DNA of 64,000 bases from Geosiphon pyriformis uo1 (lineage: Eukaryota > Fungi > Glomeromycota), in contig JAAOMT010000597.1 of the NCBI GenBank assembly GCA_016748015.1, forward strand, positions 62,001 to 126,000, read 5' to 3'. Made by a program: the position numbers and the translations under genes. The notes under the pieces are model-generated. The model saw only the letters and a list, made by a program, of their open reading frames with translations, searched no databases and was not told the origin of the DNA. This document shows positions 25,544-37,790 of this stretch, piece after piece (the stretch's first letter is position 1; every line of letters starts with the position of its first letter).

Positions 25544-26419
25544 TGTTACTCATAGAAAAAAAAAACAGATATAGAAAAATAGTAGACCAATAAGAAAGTA
25601 GTAGTTAGCACATGAGCACATTGCTCAGCAATGTGGAGCAATGTCAGAAATTATGACACATTGCTCAACAATGTGAAGCAATATTAGGAATCATAGCACA
25701 TTGCTCAGCAATGTGGAGTAATATCAAGAAAATACGGCACATTGCTTAGCAAGGTGAGCATTGTTTAAAGAATTATAACACATCACTTGAAAATGTAAGT
25801 AATCTCATAGAACCCAAATTATGTATATATAGTGGTAGCATTAGAAGTAGAAAAAGACAGATCTTCTAATTTAGATTTCATCTAAACAACTTTCCATTCA
25901 CAAATATCAATAAATAATTATTTACTATCTCAATTCACTCTCCACTATCAACACTTTATGTTGATAGTAATTGATACTTAACCACACTGAAACAATAGCT
26001 CTTGATCATGGCTATTGATAGAATACTAACTTGCAATTGCTTTTGTTTATTTCTTTATTTTCTTTTATTTTCTTTTATTTTCTTTTTTTGTTATTTCTTT
26101 GGGTTTACTAAATTGATTAAGGATAAAGTGCTGAAATACAGACATCATAGGGACTGGTAAAAGACCTGTGAAACAAGGGTAGAACACTCATAGATTTAAG
26201 AATAGCTTATCAAAAAGATTACTGGCCACTATGCTGAGAAAAAAATTTGACAAAACTGTGATTTTGGGAAGCTACGGATAAAACTATCAATTAAAATCTC
26301 TGTTTATTATACAAAGAACTCAACAACAAAACCTTCAGATATCAACACCAGAATACCAACTAAGCACCAAGTTATGGATTTGTTATTTGACTTGAGACCC
26401 CAAATAATCATTTGTAACA
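25544..26419 (+). repeat. 3' LTR of element A (876 bp), preceded by PPT AAAAAAGTGGAGA-TAA
   Basis: Direct repeat of 6421-7212. Confidence 0.95.
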
Positions 26420-29400
26420 CTACTAATAGTTAAAAAAGCAACTTTAACACTCTAATTGATAAAAATAGCTACTGTTTTTTCATTGTTGATAAAAATATTA
26501 TTGATTAGAAAAAACTTACTGGTAATATTTAAAGCATACTAAATAGAAGTCTAACTATTCTCAATTCAAATTGTGTTATTAACAAACATATTAGCAGCAA
26601 AAAAAAAGAACATCCTACTACTATTCTTAATTCTGCCAATCTTTGCCACAAACTTAATATTGATCTGAATATTTACACAAATGTTTATGTCTCTTAACTT
26701 CACATAAAAGTAAATTATAAAAAATTCTTCAAAGAAAGGGTAAGAAGACCTCATTTTGATCCAATTCATCATGTACTTTATAGTCATCTAAAAAGCCAAA
26801 ATCTGTCATTACTTTATTGATCCTATTTTTATGTATGTTGCCAAAAAATCTGATAAATCTATTACACATTTTTATTTGCCACAAGTTAGTCTTCAAGTGG
26901 TGTCAACTAACCAAGTCATATATTTTACATATATTCTACAAAACCAATCAAAGTTTTTTAATTTTTTTAAGAGTATCCTTAACTACTGACCCAATAACAA
27001 ACACTAAAAACTGAATAGACTTACTTTTTAATACCAAAAAATTATTACTTCAAAGAACACCAAATTTGCTACATGCAGACAAAATATAATCAAATAAAAC
27101 CTTAAAGAGAATCTTTCTGGCAGTTTTGATTAAAGTAATAGGTTAAGTGTTTATAAGAACCTTATAAGATTTAGAAATTATCAAAACTCATGCCCTCTTT
27201 CACAAAGCAGATACATCACCAATGGACAAATATACATTCAACAAATCCAAAAAGCATCTTAATACTTTATTATTATCATGCTTTCAAAGTTTATTAGGAA
27301 TGTTTGACAAGCCAGTAGACTTGCTATCAGACAAACTATTAATTACCAAAAACAACTCTTTTATACTGATTTTCTTTATGATACCAGAAAAAACATTATC
27401 TTTTACATAATTTAATAATATATATTAGTAAGTTCAAAAATTAGACAATGTCATAAATACAATTTGCTTTTTGTTTAACTCTCTATTATCTTATTAACAT
27501 TGAGCTTTATTTTTTCTAGTTTAAGAACCAATTTATTATCCATTACTAAATAATTAAAAACCACTTTGTGAAAAAACCAATTTAAAATATTCTTAATTAT
27601 ACTACCCTTATCAAACTAAAATTTTTCATGCACTTTTTAATAGTTTTCTAAATAGATGTTTCCTCAGCCAATTTTGACTTGTACATCTTGGATCTTTTGC
27701 AATTTTTACAAATTAATAATAGCTGTTTAAGAATATTTATTAACTTATCACTAATATGAAGCATGTTTGCAACTACATAAGCTTTATTATTATTTAAAGT
27801 TGACTATTTTCTTACAAAATAATCAATTTCAAGCATATCATTTGAGCACAACTTCTTAACAATTTTGGCAACCAACAACTTTAACCCAAAAAACTTAGAA
27901 GACTGTTTGTTTCTTAAATACTGAAATTTACTAAACCAATGTCTCGAAAATATTTCATTAACCAATTCCACTATCATCTTTTTCAGTAGTATTTACATAG
28001 CATTCAGATTACTTTGAGATTCAGCATTCAAAAATTTATTCCTTACTGTAAAAAGCTTGGCAAAAGAGCAATTCTTAAATTATATCTACTTGGCACCATT
28101 AACATTCTTGATTTTGAACTTCTAATAGTCTTTATTAGTCTATTTATGTAAGTCATTCAAGCAAACATCCAAGAGCTTACCCAAACCAATTGATATCATA
28201 ACAGCTTTGTAATCAGTGTTAAAAAATATAGATACTAAATTAACTTTATAATCAGCAATTACTAATGATAAGCTCTTATTAACAAAATGTAATTTATAAT
28301 TTTCTTGACACTTCTTAAATTGTCTCAAGTTGAAGTTTTAACCAAAAAATGTTTACTGAATAAATTAACAAAGTTCAAATCCAGACAAAACTTAAAACTT
28401 GCACTTTTTTTAGATACATTCTCATTAAAATCTTTATCTAAAACCACAAAAGTATTGGAATTAACTGTCTTGGCAATAAAAAAATTGGTAATTGATGTTT
28501 AACTAAACTTTGCTTTAGTAGAAACACCAACATATAAGCTTAAAATTATAACTGACAACTTTTCTCTAAACAAAAGCCTTACTGAAATAATCTAACCAAG
28601 AATCTTCTCCACTTTAGACACATGCCAAGCTAGAGAATTGTTCATGATTATGGGAACCCCAGCCCCAAAAAAACTCACATCCAAACCAGAAGTAAAAACT
28701 TGAATTCCATCAAACTTATTTATGATTTATGACCTAATATTAGACTTCAATTTTGTTTTAGTAATAATAGAAACCATATTATCTGATTTTTTATGCCAAC
28801 AAACAATGTTTTTTTGTTTTGCAGAGACATTGATACCCTAAACATTACAAGTAGCAAACTTTTAAGTTAAACTAGTTATTGAAATAAAAGGAGAATTAAA
28901 GAGCCCAAACCAGAGTACAACTGATTTAATCTTGCCAAAACCAAATTAACTGACACTTTTAGAGCCACCATTTTTGATTTTAAACCACTTATCTTGGTTG
29001 TCAGAATTCTTGAACTGCTTAAGCCAAGATTTAAGACTGTATCTTTAACTATTGAAAAAGAAAAAACAGATAGCACCACCAGGTTCTTTAAAGCCATATT
29101 TAAATTCAAATCTGAAACCAAAGGAGCAAAAGCAGAAAAGGAAAAACATAAGAGACAGATGTTAGAAGCACTATATTTACAAAGCTCAATTTTTTTATAA
29201 TGCTAAATACTTGATTTGCTAGAAGCTCTAATAAGTGCTTCAAAAAAGCCAAACAATCAATTAAAGAAGAGTTGTTATAAGAAGCAAAAGCCAGTGAGAG
29301 AAATATTATATTTGAGAATATGCTAATATCAGGAAAAACCAAAGACATTACACAAAAAGTGGAATTACTAACAACTTAAGCTTACATTTTATTACTAAAA

Positions 29401-30830
29401 AAAACTAGGTAAACAATTAGCACCTGTTTTTTTTATATATGTTAATTAAACAAGTCTGGTCTTGAGGAGTCATTATATACTTACCATGATCACCAGAATT
29501 TTCACTTATTGAACACATTAGAAATATGACCAAACTGTTTATATTAAGCACAACAGACCAAAAAAAAACCAGTTCAATGTAAATTTACACTCTTAAAAAC
29601 TGGCACAAAACCAATAGCAGTCAATTTGGATGTCTCATCAGCAAAACAAATTACAATACATTTATCATACACATGTAAGCCCAGATTGTGGCTAATAAAG
29701 CAAGTTTTCTCACTATATGATTTCAACAAATCTGACAAATCATGAACAGTAATGCCAACTGACACAATTGCTTATTATTAATAGTTAATGCTACATGCAC
29801 AAAAGCTTTTCTCATGAAAACTGATCATTTAAACACAATTATACTTGCAATATCTGCTAACTCAAACTTTATAAGAGTCTTTTGCCAAAGACCAATTAAC
29901 TGCAATTTAACTAAAACAATTTTACCAAATAAAAAAAACTGATTTTACTGCTGATTTGGAAAGATTAATAGGAATCTTCTTAATAATTATTTTTTGATCT
30001 GTTTGGCTGTTTGTTTTCTTTATATTATTATTGACTAAAATTTTTTTACTAATTGTTATTTTCCTAGTCTTATTCAAATTCAATTCAGATGTAAAAAAAA
30101 ATCTGACAATCTTTAGAAATTTTAAAAAAGTGAAAGCTCTTTTAAAACCATTTACATAATAGAAATTTTTTTTTAAATTCAAAAATTTATTATTAGAAGT
30201 TTTATCAAACACTACAAAAACTTTAATGTCTAATATGAAAGATTTAGCCAAATTAAAACTTTGTATTTTTGATACATATAACTTAAGTACTAAAAGTTGC
30301 CTAAAATCATTAAACTTAAGTAATGGAAGTATTAAGATGTCATTATTATTGCTTAAATTAATAAAAGAGAGAGCTTTTGGAAGCTGACCCAAAATATATG
30401 TTTAAGTGCAAATTTTCTATGGCATAGTATCATTTATGTTTTTATTAATCACTGAATTATCTAAATCTGTATAACTTGTCTTTTTGGCAATCATATTCTT
30501 TATGTTTTTAACATCTGATAGCTATTAATACTATTAGCTTTGCTTTCAATCTTACTACCTCAGAACATTACAGACTTTCTATTAACAATATTAAAATCTT
30601 TAAGACTTAAAAATTCAGCAGACAATTTAACTATACTATTATTAGCTTTAGATTTTTTTGGCTTTTTATATAACACACCATAAAAGTAAACACTTTCTAT
30701 ATACTTTTTTTTGGTATTAGAATAAGTTTTCAAACCAGTCAAACCAGAGCCAAAACTACTAATAGACAAGTTCATTAGTTTTATTACAGCAAAAAAAAGA
30801 GTATTAAAAGAAATTATTAAAGGAAACAAA
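26420..30830 (-). mobile_element. Degenerate LINE, 5' segment (ORF1 ~30775-28876 plus ORF2 endonuclease/RT); continuation of 4085-6420
   Basis: ORF pieces 29922-30392, 29574-29765 and 28876-29348 align with ORF1 37974-39578. Pieces 28140-28328 and 26566-26787 align with ORF2. Confidence 0.85.
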
Positions 30831-32811
30831 AAAAAAAAAAAAAAAGTGATTTCTTTAAAATTATCTTTTTTTATTATTTTAATAAGTATAAATATTATTT
30901 GTTTTAACCAGAATTTGTTATTAAAATTAATATTTTAATAAAATTTTTTTAAATAATTTTTTTAAAATTTTAAATGTTAAAATTGTTTTAATTAATTAAA
31001 TTTATTATTTAATTTATTAATATTTATTTGATTTTATTTTATAATTAATATTTAAATTGTTTTTTAAAAAACAAATTAATAATATTTTTAATTTAATTAT
31101 TAATATGTACAAAAATTTTTGTAAACTTTATAAAAAAATAATATTAATGTTAATTAATTTAATAAAATAATATAAATAATATTATAAGTAAAAACAATTT
31201 AACAAATTAATAATGTTTTAAAGATTTTAAATTTTTTTAATTAAAAATAACAAAAAAGTAATTTATTTTTAATTAAGTAAATTTATTAAAAATATTAATT
31301 ATTTAAAATAAAATAAATATAATTTAAAGTAGTTTTAATTAGTTTAAATAAATAATTACATGTTGTTTTTAATACAAATTATGTTTAATATATAATATTA
31401 TTATTATAAAAAATTAATTTATAATTAAATTATATTAGTAATATTAAAAAAATTATAAATAAAAATGCTTTAAATATTTAAACAATATTTATAAAATTAA
31501 AAATATAAAATAGAATTTTAATAAATTGTAGTCAAACTTGTTAAGTATTTTGCTGAGCTTAATATAATATTTATTTTTTATATAATTAAAATTTTAAATT
31601 AATTAATTGTTATTTTACAATTATTATTTAAACAAATTATTATATTTTATAACTTTAAATTTTAATTAATAACAAAAATAAAATAATAATAATAATAATA
31701 ATAATCTATTATTTCAAATTAACATATTAATTTTTAAGATCTTTAAAGTTTTTTATTTATATATTAAAAACATTAATTGTTTTATTATTTATTAAAATTG
31801 AAAAAAAAAATAATCAAAATTTAAAAATGAATTCATGAGAATATTAATAGAATCTATTCACTTTGAAAAACTTTTTCAATGTAAAAATTTCTTTGATTTT
31901 TTCTGATCGAGTTGAGCATTGGAATTACTATTTTCAAACTATTAATTGTACACCCCGAATATCTTTACTAATTGAAAAAATTTCATGGTTACCTCGTGAT
32001 CGCATGTGAGTGAACCGTTGCACAAAATTTCCATCTTTTCTCAAGATAGCAGAATATGGGGGTGGGAACTTGGATTCATCAATATTGGTAAGGTCCATTT
32101 TACTAAATGTAAAATGAGATAAGCCTATATGATTCTGAAAAAGAATAGTAAAGTTACTCACCATCCAAAATGACTTATTTCCGCCAATTGAAAAGAGACT
32201 TTATAAAAATTATGACAAAAAGATTGACAGTTTAACCGTTTCCGAAATCTTTGTAACTTATGTTTTATTTCACAAAAACGCCTAAAATAATATTAAAAAT
32301 GGCATATTTTTAACAATTTCTACTTTTTGGCTAAAAAAAGGTCATAAAAAAAATGGTTTCTCATTTTAAACTATTTAAAAGTTTTGGTTCTCAATTTGAT
32401 TGGCTATTATCAATAAAAAAATTGGTTCTAGATAATGTATTTAGGGTTCGAACTATTCACTGGTCGCATTAGAGTTTCAAGTTGGTAATCATTATTTTTC
32501 AACACCTTGCATACTTTTGCGGGAAAATACCCTTATATCAACCCTGCTATCATTTCTCCACTTTTGTCACCCTCTTGATATTTTTCTTGAATTTCTCAGA
32601 TTCCTTGTTCAACTAGAAACAGGTTTTCTGTTCATAACTTTCGTTCTTGTTTGTATCAGTTTTTTGATAAAAGTTGTGAAAATAAATATAAAAATATTAA
32701 ATATTATGCTAGGCATTTTCACTAAATGACACATAAAAGTATAGTCTGAAAAGTCAAAAATAATACTCACATCGTTGTTTAAACTAAAAAAAAATTCACT
32801 ATTAAAACACC

Positions 32812-34521
32812 ATGGGTCAAGGGAACTCGAAAAAAGAAAGAAGAGATATTAAGACGACTATCCTACCCGAAAATTTTGAAAAAGATAATACCCTCTCAAA
32901 CGAGAATTCCGTAACTTCAATCAAAGACGTCCTTAACGTTGATACAAACTCTCAAACCAAAAACCTTCCATCTAATTCAGCAGAAGAAAATTCATCTAAT
33001 TCCCCTATTTCACCAACCCCAATGGAGCCGATTTTACTGCCACCAAATGGATTAACCGATTCTACACTTGGTGATGCTCCTAATACCGCCAGTCTTACTC
33101 TCGCTTCAACGCTTTCAAATGGGAGCCTAACCAACACTTTCGTATCTTCTAATAATCGTTTGAAATCTATAGACATAGACGAAATGATTCAACGACTCAA
33201 AATTGCCGGTTATGCTGGGAAAGTTTCAAAGTCCGTTTGTCTTAAAACCGCCGAAATAACAGCTATTTGTCAGACCGCTCGTGAAATTGTTTTATCACAG
33301 CCAACCCTTATTGAACTTTCACCACCTGTGAAAATAGTGGGCGATGTACATGGCCAGTATACAGACTTAATTCGTTTGTTTGATATGTGTGGATTCCCTC
33401 CCCAATCAAATTATTTGTTTCTTGGTGATTATGTTGATCGTGGGAAACAGAGCTTGGAAACAATTCTTTTATTACTCTGTTACAAGATTAAGTATCCCGA
33501 AAATTTTTTCCTTTTAAGAGGAAATCACGAATGCGCCAATGTGACGAGAGGTAAAATAATTAAAATTCGTGTTTAAATGAGGTTTGGAACTTGTTCTTGG
33601 CAGGGAATTGATTTTTAGTAAGGCTGGGTCGATGCAATCTTGTTGGAATATTTCAAATTCACATCAGAAATTTCTGTCTTTAAAAAAAAACCATCCCAAT
33701 CTTAATCTTTTTTCACTCAAGTTTTAAACCTTAATTTTTACAATTGAGTTGAAAAAATTATAGTTTTCGTTAATCAATTTCTTCGCTAACATCCTCAAAA
33801 ATGACTGATATTTTTTAGTATATGGGTTTTATGATGAATGCAAGCGTCGCTTGAGCGTAAAGATTTGGAAAACATTTGTCGATGTCTTCAATTGCCTACC
33901 TATAGCAGCAATTGTAGCATCAAAAATCTTTTGTGTACATGGTGGTCTTTCTCCATCCCTTTCTACTATGGATGAGATTCGACATATTCAGAGACCAACA
34001 GATGTACCAGACTATGGCCTACTTAATGACCTCCTCTGGTCTGACCCTTCACCCACTGCCGTTGATTGGGAAGATAATGAGCGAGGAGTTAGTTACTGCT
34101 TCGGGAAAGCTATTATCCACGAATTTCTTGCACGGCATGACTTTGATTTAGTATGTCGTGCTCATATGGTGGTAGAGGATGGTTACGAGTTCTTTAATGA
34201 AAGAACCCTGGTGACGGTATTTTCAGCACCCAACTATTGTGGGGAATTTGATAATTATGGAGCGGTGATGAGCGTCAACGAGGAATTATTGTGTAGTTTT
34301 GAATTACTCAAACCACAGGATACTCCTTTGTTGAAATTGCAAACATTTAAAGGAAAACGATGGGCAAGGTACTGTTTAGAATTATCTCTATTTGAGAATA
34401 GATTCAGTATTTGCGAAATTTCTTTTCAAAATTTGGATATCTAATACATTTTCGGTTTTTTAGTGGTAATGCATATTCTCCTCACAGTCCACCCGTTATT
34501 GGTGTTCCTCAGTCTGTATGA
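32812..34521 (+). CDS. PPZ1: Fungal PPZ-type (PP1-related) Ser/Thr protein phosphatase; exons 32812-33550, 33819-34368, 34464-34521
   Basis: PPP motifs GDVHGQ, GDYVDRG, LRGNHE, VHGG and FSAPNY. GT-AG splicing joins [15 protein letters not shown], with branch point GCTAAC at 33785. N-terminal MGQGNS myristoylation-type motif and Ser/Asn-rich extension. Exon 3 gives a short SPP...PQSV* tail. Confidence 0.9.
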
Positions 34522-34629
34522 GATATCCTTATAAAAATTCTCATGAAAATTCCCATTGTATACTCTGCTTCATTCTTCCCACTTTGGACTTTCATAATTT
34601 TATTTTTAAATGCTCAAATCACTCATCAG

Positions 34630-34674
<45 letters not shown>
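34630..34674 (+). repeat. (CAT)15 microsatellite in the probable PPZ 3' UTR
   Basis: Read directly from the sequence. Confidence 0.97.
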
Positions 34675-34675
<1 letters not shown>

Positions 34676-35783
34676 TATTTCATTTTTTTACTTTCTGTAT
34701 TTTTACTTTTGTCTACGTTTGGCTTTTAATGCGCCTTATTTCTTGTGCCTGTTGCAAGGTATGCTTCCGAGAAAAAGAACTTCTCATTTCTCAAGAAAGA
34801 AAGAACCTGATCTCCCAAATCATTGCTACTAGCTTTTTTCTTTTGTATATAGAACGAGAGAGTTCTAAGAATAGGGAAATTTACACAAAAAGCTTGAATC
34901 GGCCACAAAAACTTATGGCTATCCAAAACCAAAATCTTCATGATAGTAAAAACTAGCTCTGAAAAGCTGGTTAGAACAATGAGTTATCGAAAAGGAAGAA
35001 TGATTGATGAATTGATGATGGAGTCGACCATTCGAGGATTGCTTTTTGTTGGTGTTAGAAAGGGTTTGGGGTAATATTTGTATTCGTAGCATGCGTGATT
35101 CCTTGAAAGAGCACGATTCGTTCGACATGTATTATGTTTTTCCATTTAATGTATGATATTAATGTTACTTTTTATAAGAAAGTCACATTTTTAAAAAAAA
35201 ATTGATTATTTGTTAATTATTTCGATGGCAATTGTAGTTCTCCGAGTCACACAACTTTAATTAGTCTTTTCCAGAAACAGCCATTACCCGCAAATCAATT
35301 GATGCCCTAAATGGATTGGGTATCGCCCAGATCCGAAAAAAAAATCCTTCCTGAATGTACGATATTCTAATCGTAGAATCAAAAGTAAAGTAGAAAGGTT
35401 TTTGTGATCTCTGTTTTCTTATACTGTTATAACCATTTGTTTCTTTTATCCTTAACAATTTTGTTTTTTCTGTTCTTTGAGTTTCTTTTATTGGGTGTTT
35501 TTTTGTTCACATTTTTCTGCTGACCTTTGAAAAATAAAATAGAGTATATTTGTATTATATCTTTAATATTGTGAAGTTTTTTAACATTTTTAACATTATT
35601 TTTGTTGTCAATTCAAGATTAAAAACTTGTACTTATGCATGTTATTTTTTTAAGTATTAAAAACAAAATAAAATTTAGAAAAATAAGAATTATCCAATTT
35701 ATTAAAATATACAAAAAAACAGTAAATAAATTAACTATAAATATTAAATAAATAAATTATAAATGCTAATTCAAAAGTGTGCT

Positions 35784-35827
35784 TTAGGCGTAGTTCATGC
35801 ATTTATTACATGTGACCAGCCACCAGA
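35784..35827 (-). repeat. Tiny relic of the LINE 3' UTR
   Basis: taggcgtagttcatgcatttattacatgtgaccagc resembles the reverse complement of 44280-44325 and the plus-strand stretch 1907-1950. Confidence 0.6.
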
Positions 35828-36178
35828 TTATAATTGAATAATAAATATCAATTCATATATAAATATTAATGCATTTATAATTTATAAAATAAAATATTTA
35901 TTTAAAGTATTAATTAGTAATTTTTCATTATTTAAAATCATTTAACTATGAAAAAATATTTTAGAGATTTGTCTTTATGATCAAAATTAATGATATTGAT
36001 TCGTTTGATATAAAGCCAAATTTCTCAGCTAAGCGAATACGTGTATAAAAATTAGCACATGTTTATTTCTAAACAAAATAGAAATCCTTGTAATACTTGT
36101 ATTTAACAGATTATATCTATAACGTCGCAACATAAGAATTCTTTGGGCCTAATATTTCCATGGATGGATTTACTTAAA

Positions 36179-37325
36179 TTACCCAAGATCTTTTTGACCA
36201 AAATATCTTCGAACAATCGTTATAATGACGTTCACAAAGGATAACCTTTGGTCATGACTATTTTCCTGTGTATTGAAATCATTTTTTAGGAGTGAAATTG
36301 AAAATTTTGTTTTATTAGTTAAATTGATAGAGAACTTAGGATCAATTACCATCAAATTTCTTATTTCTATGCATTTACGACATAGCTCTCTTAAAATCGA
36401 TAATTGCTCAGACATCAAAAGTTTGTCGATTCGTATTAATAATGCGAATATCCACTGATATTGAGAGTGTTTGATCCCTGGAAACGAAATCCAATTAATG
36501 TGAAAAGAGAGCAAAGCTAATGTTGTTTGCTATTTTAACAAATTAAAAAGATATGGGAGATGAGGTTAAGTATATTTTATGACTTTATTAAACATATGAC
36601 TAATAATGCTCTCACTTGGTTTAATCGTGAAATGATGCTCAAAAAAGGGGGATTTCCACTTATTTTATTATCTTCGAGAGCGAAATCTTCTAATAAAGAA
36701 CAAGGTTTCTCTTTTGTTTCACTCTCTTCCGAACCTTTATCACTTAATTTACTACCATAGCAAAATTTATACCAATCTGCCTCGGCTCGCGATTTTGGTA
36801 TAGAAACGTCAGGGGGTAATGGTAAGGAATTTGGATTTTTCGAAAGGAATGATTGGAAAGCCTCGGAAGTAAAAGCAGTTAATGTATCATTTAGAATATC
36901 TTTAAGAGCTAAATTATTGAAAATGCCTGGCCCAAAAAGAGGGAGCCAACCTTACGAAGCCTCTCGAACCTATCCATGAACACGAGCTCCCAATCCAGAC
37001 GTGGTAGAAATTCTTGATTTATTACACTATTAGTCTCGGTAACAGCTAGAGCAGCTTCCCAACCACGCTTAACCCAGTTTGCTGCCTTCTTTTGACCAGT
37101 GGTATGTATAGGTGGTTTTACAGCAAGAAATACGTCAGGTATTTGTGTCGCTTCCAACCTCACCATGCGCAAATACTCTTCTCCAGAACTTGGTGGTTTG
37201 TTAACTCGTTTAACAGGCTGAACTGAAACCGGTAGAGTACTCCCTAGAGTACTTTCCTCAGCGTTCTCAAAACCATCCTTTACATAGGCTGAAAGGTTGA
37301 TGCGTTGGTTCGCTAGGCTCGACAT
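36179..37325 (-). CDS. GEMIN2: Gemin2/SIP1 (SMN-interacting protein 1) homologue; probable exons 37325-36951, 36861-36616, 36529-36350, 36265-36179
   Basis: Family motifs PSSGEEYLRMVRLEA, DWYKFCYG, PPFLSIISRLNQ, QWIFALL...LRELCRKC and a C-terminal IVRRYFGQKDL. Introns are GT-AG; the intron 1 boundaries are ambiguous. Confidence 0.88.
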
Positions 37326-37790
37326 GTCTATTTTAAAATCTTTTGGAGTCAGGTCAGCATTTTAAATGATTTTTTTGGCAATCTACAGATCTCGGATCGA
37401 CTGATAGGAGACCTAACCAATTATGTGCTAATTACAAGGAAATTTGGGTTAAAATAGAATGAAATTAGTATTACTTAATAACTCTAAATTAGTCTATAGT
37501 ATTTAAAATAATTAAAAATGGTTGCATATTTGTTTTTTAATAAAAAAATAAAATAATAATAATAACTTATATTTTATTTAATAATATAAGTAAACAAAAT
37601 TTTAAAATATAAACAATTTTTTAATATAAATTTAAAAAATAATAAAAAAAAAAAACTTCTTTCTCTCCTTCATCCAAAATTCCCGAAAAAGAGTCAAAAG
37701 TTTTTTCAAAAGAAGTTTTTTACCATTCAATATGATAAATCAAAACCGTTCTTCGATTATGAGGCCACTGTTGGCTCTGTTATTGCTATT

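Larger units (their letters stand above)
6421..26419 (+). mobile_element. Ty3/Gypsy-like LTR retrotransposon A (complete, with element B nested in its integrase)
   Basis: Two LTRs (6421-7212, 25544-26419) with T(G/A)TTAC...GTAACA ends, PBS and PPT. 4-bp TSD CCAC (6417-6420) / CTAC (26420-26423). Removing the element restores the LINE reading LTISGQP. Confidence 0.95.

Noticed and set aside
25616-25805. CRISPR-like array (palindromic repeats at regular spacing)
   Set aside because: The intervening sequences are themselves repeats rather than unique spacers. The array lies inside LTRs, the context is eukaryotic, and there are no cas genes.
34369-34444. PPZ C-terminus as given by the ORF track (RYCLELSLF...)
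   Set aside because: Reads into a GT-AG intron (34369-34463). The spliced SPP...PQSV end is more plausible.
34518-34956. Poly-His and poly-Ser ORFs
   Set aside because: Artefacts of the (CAT)n microsatellite downstream of the PPZ stop; no other protein-like features.
34960-35520. ncRNA or small gene in unique sequence after PPZ
   Set aside because: No recognisable motif or convincing ORF; most simply 3' UTR or intergenic DNA.
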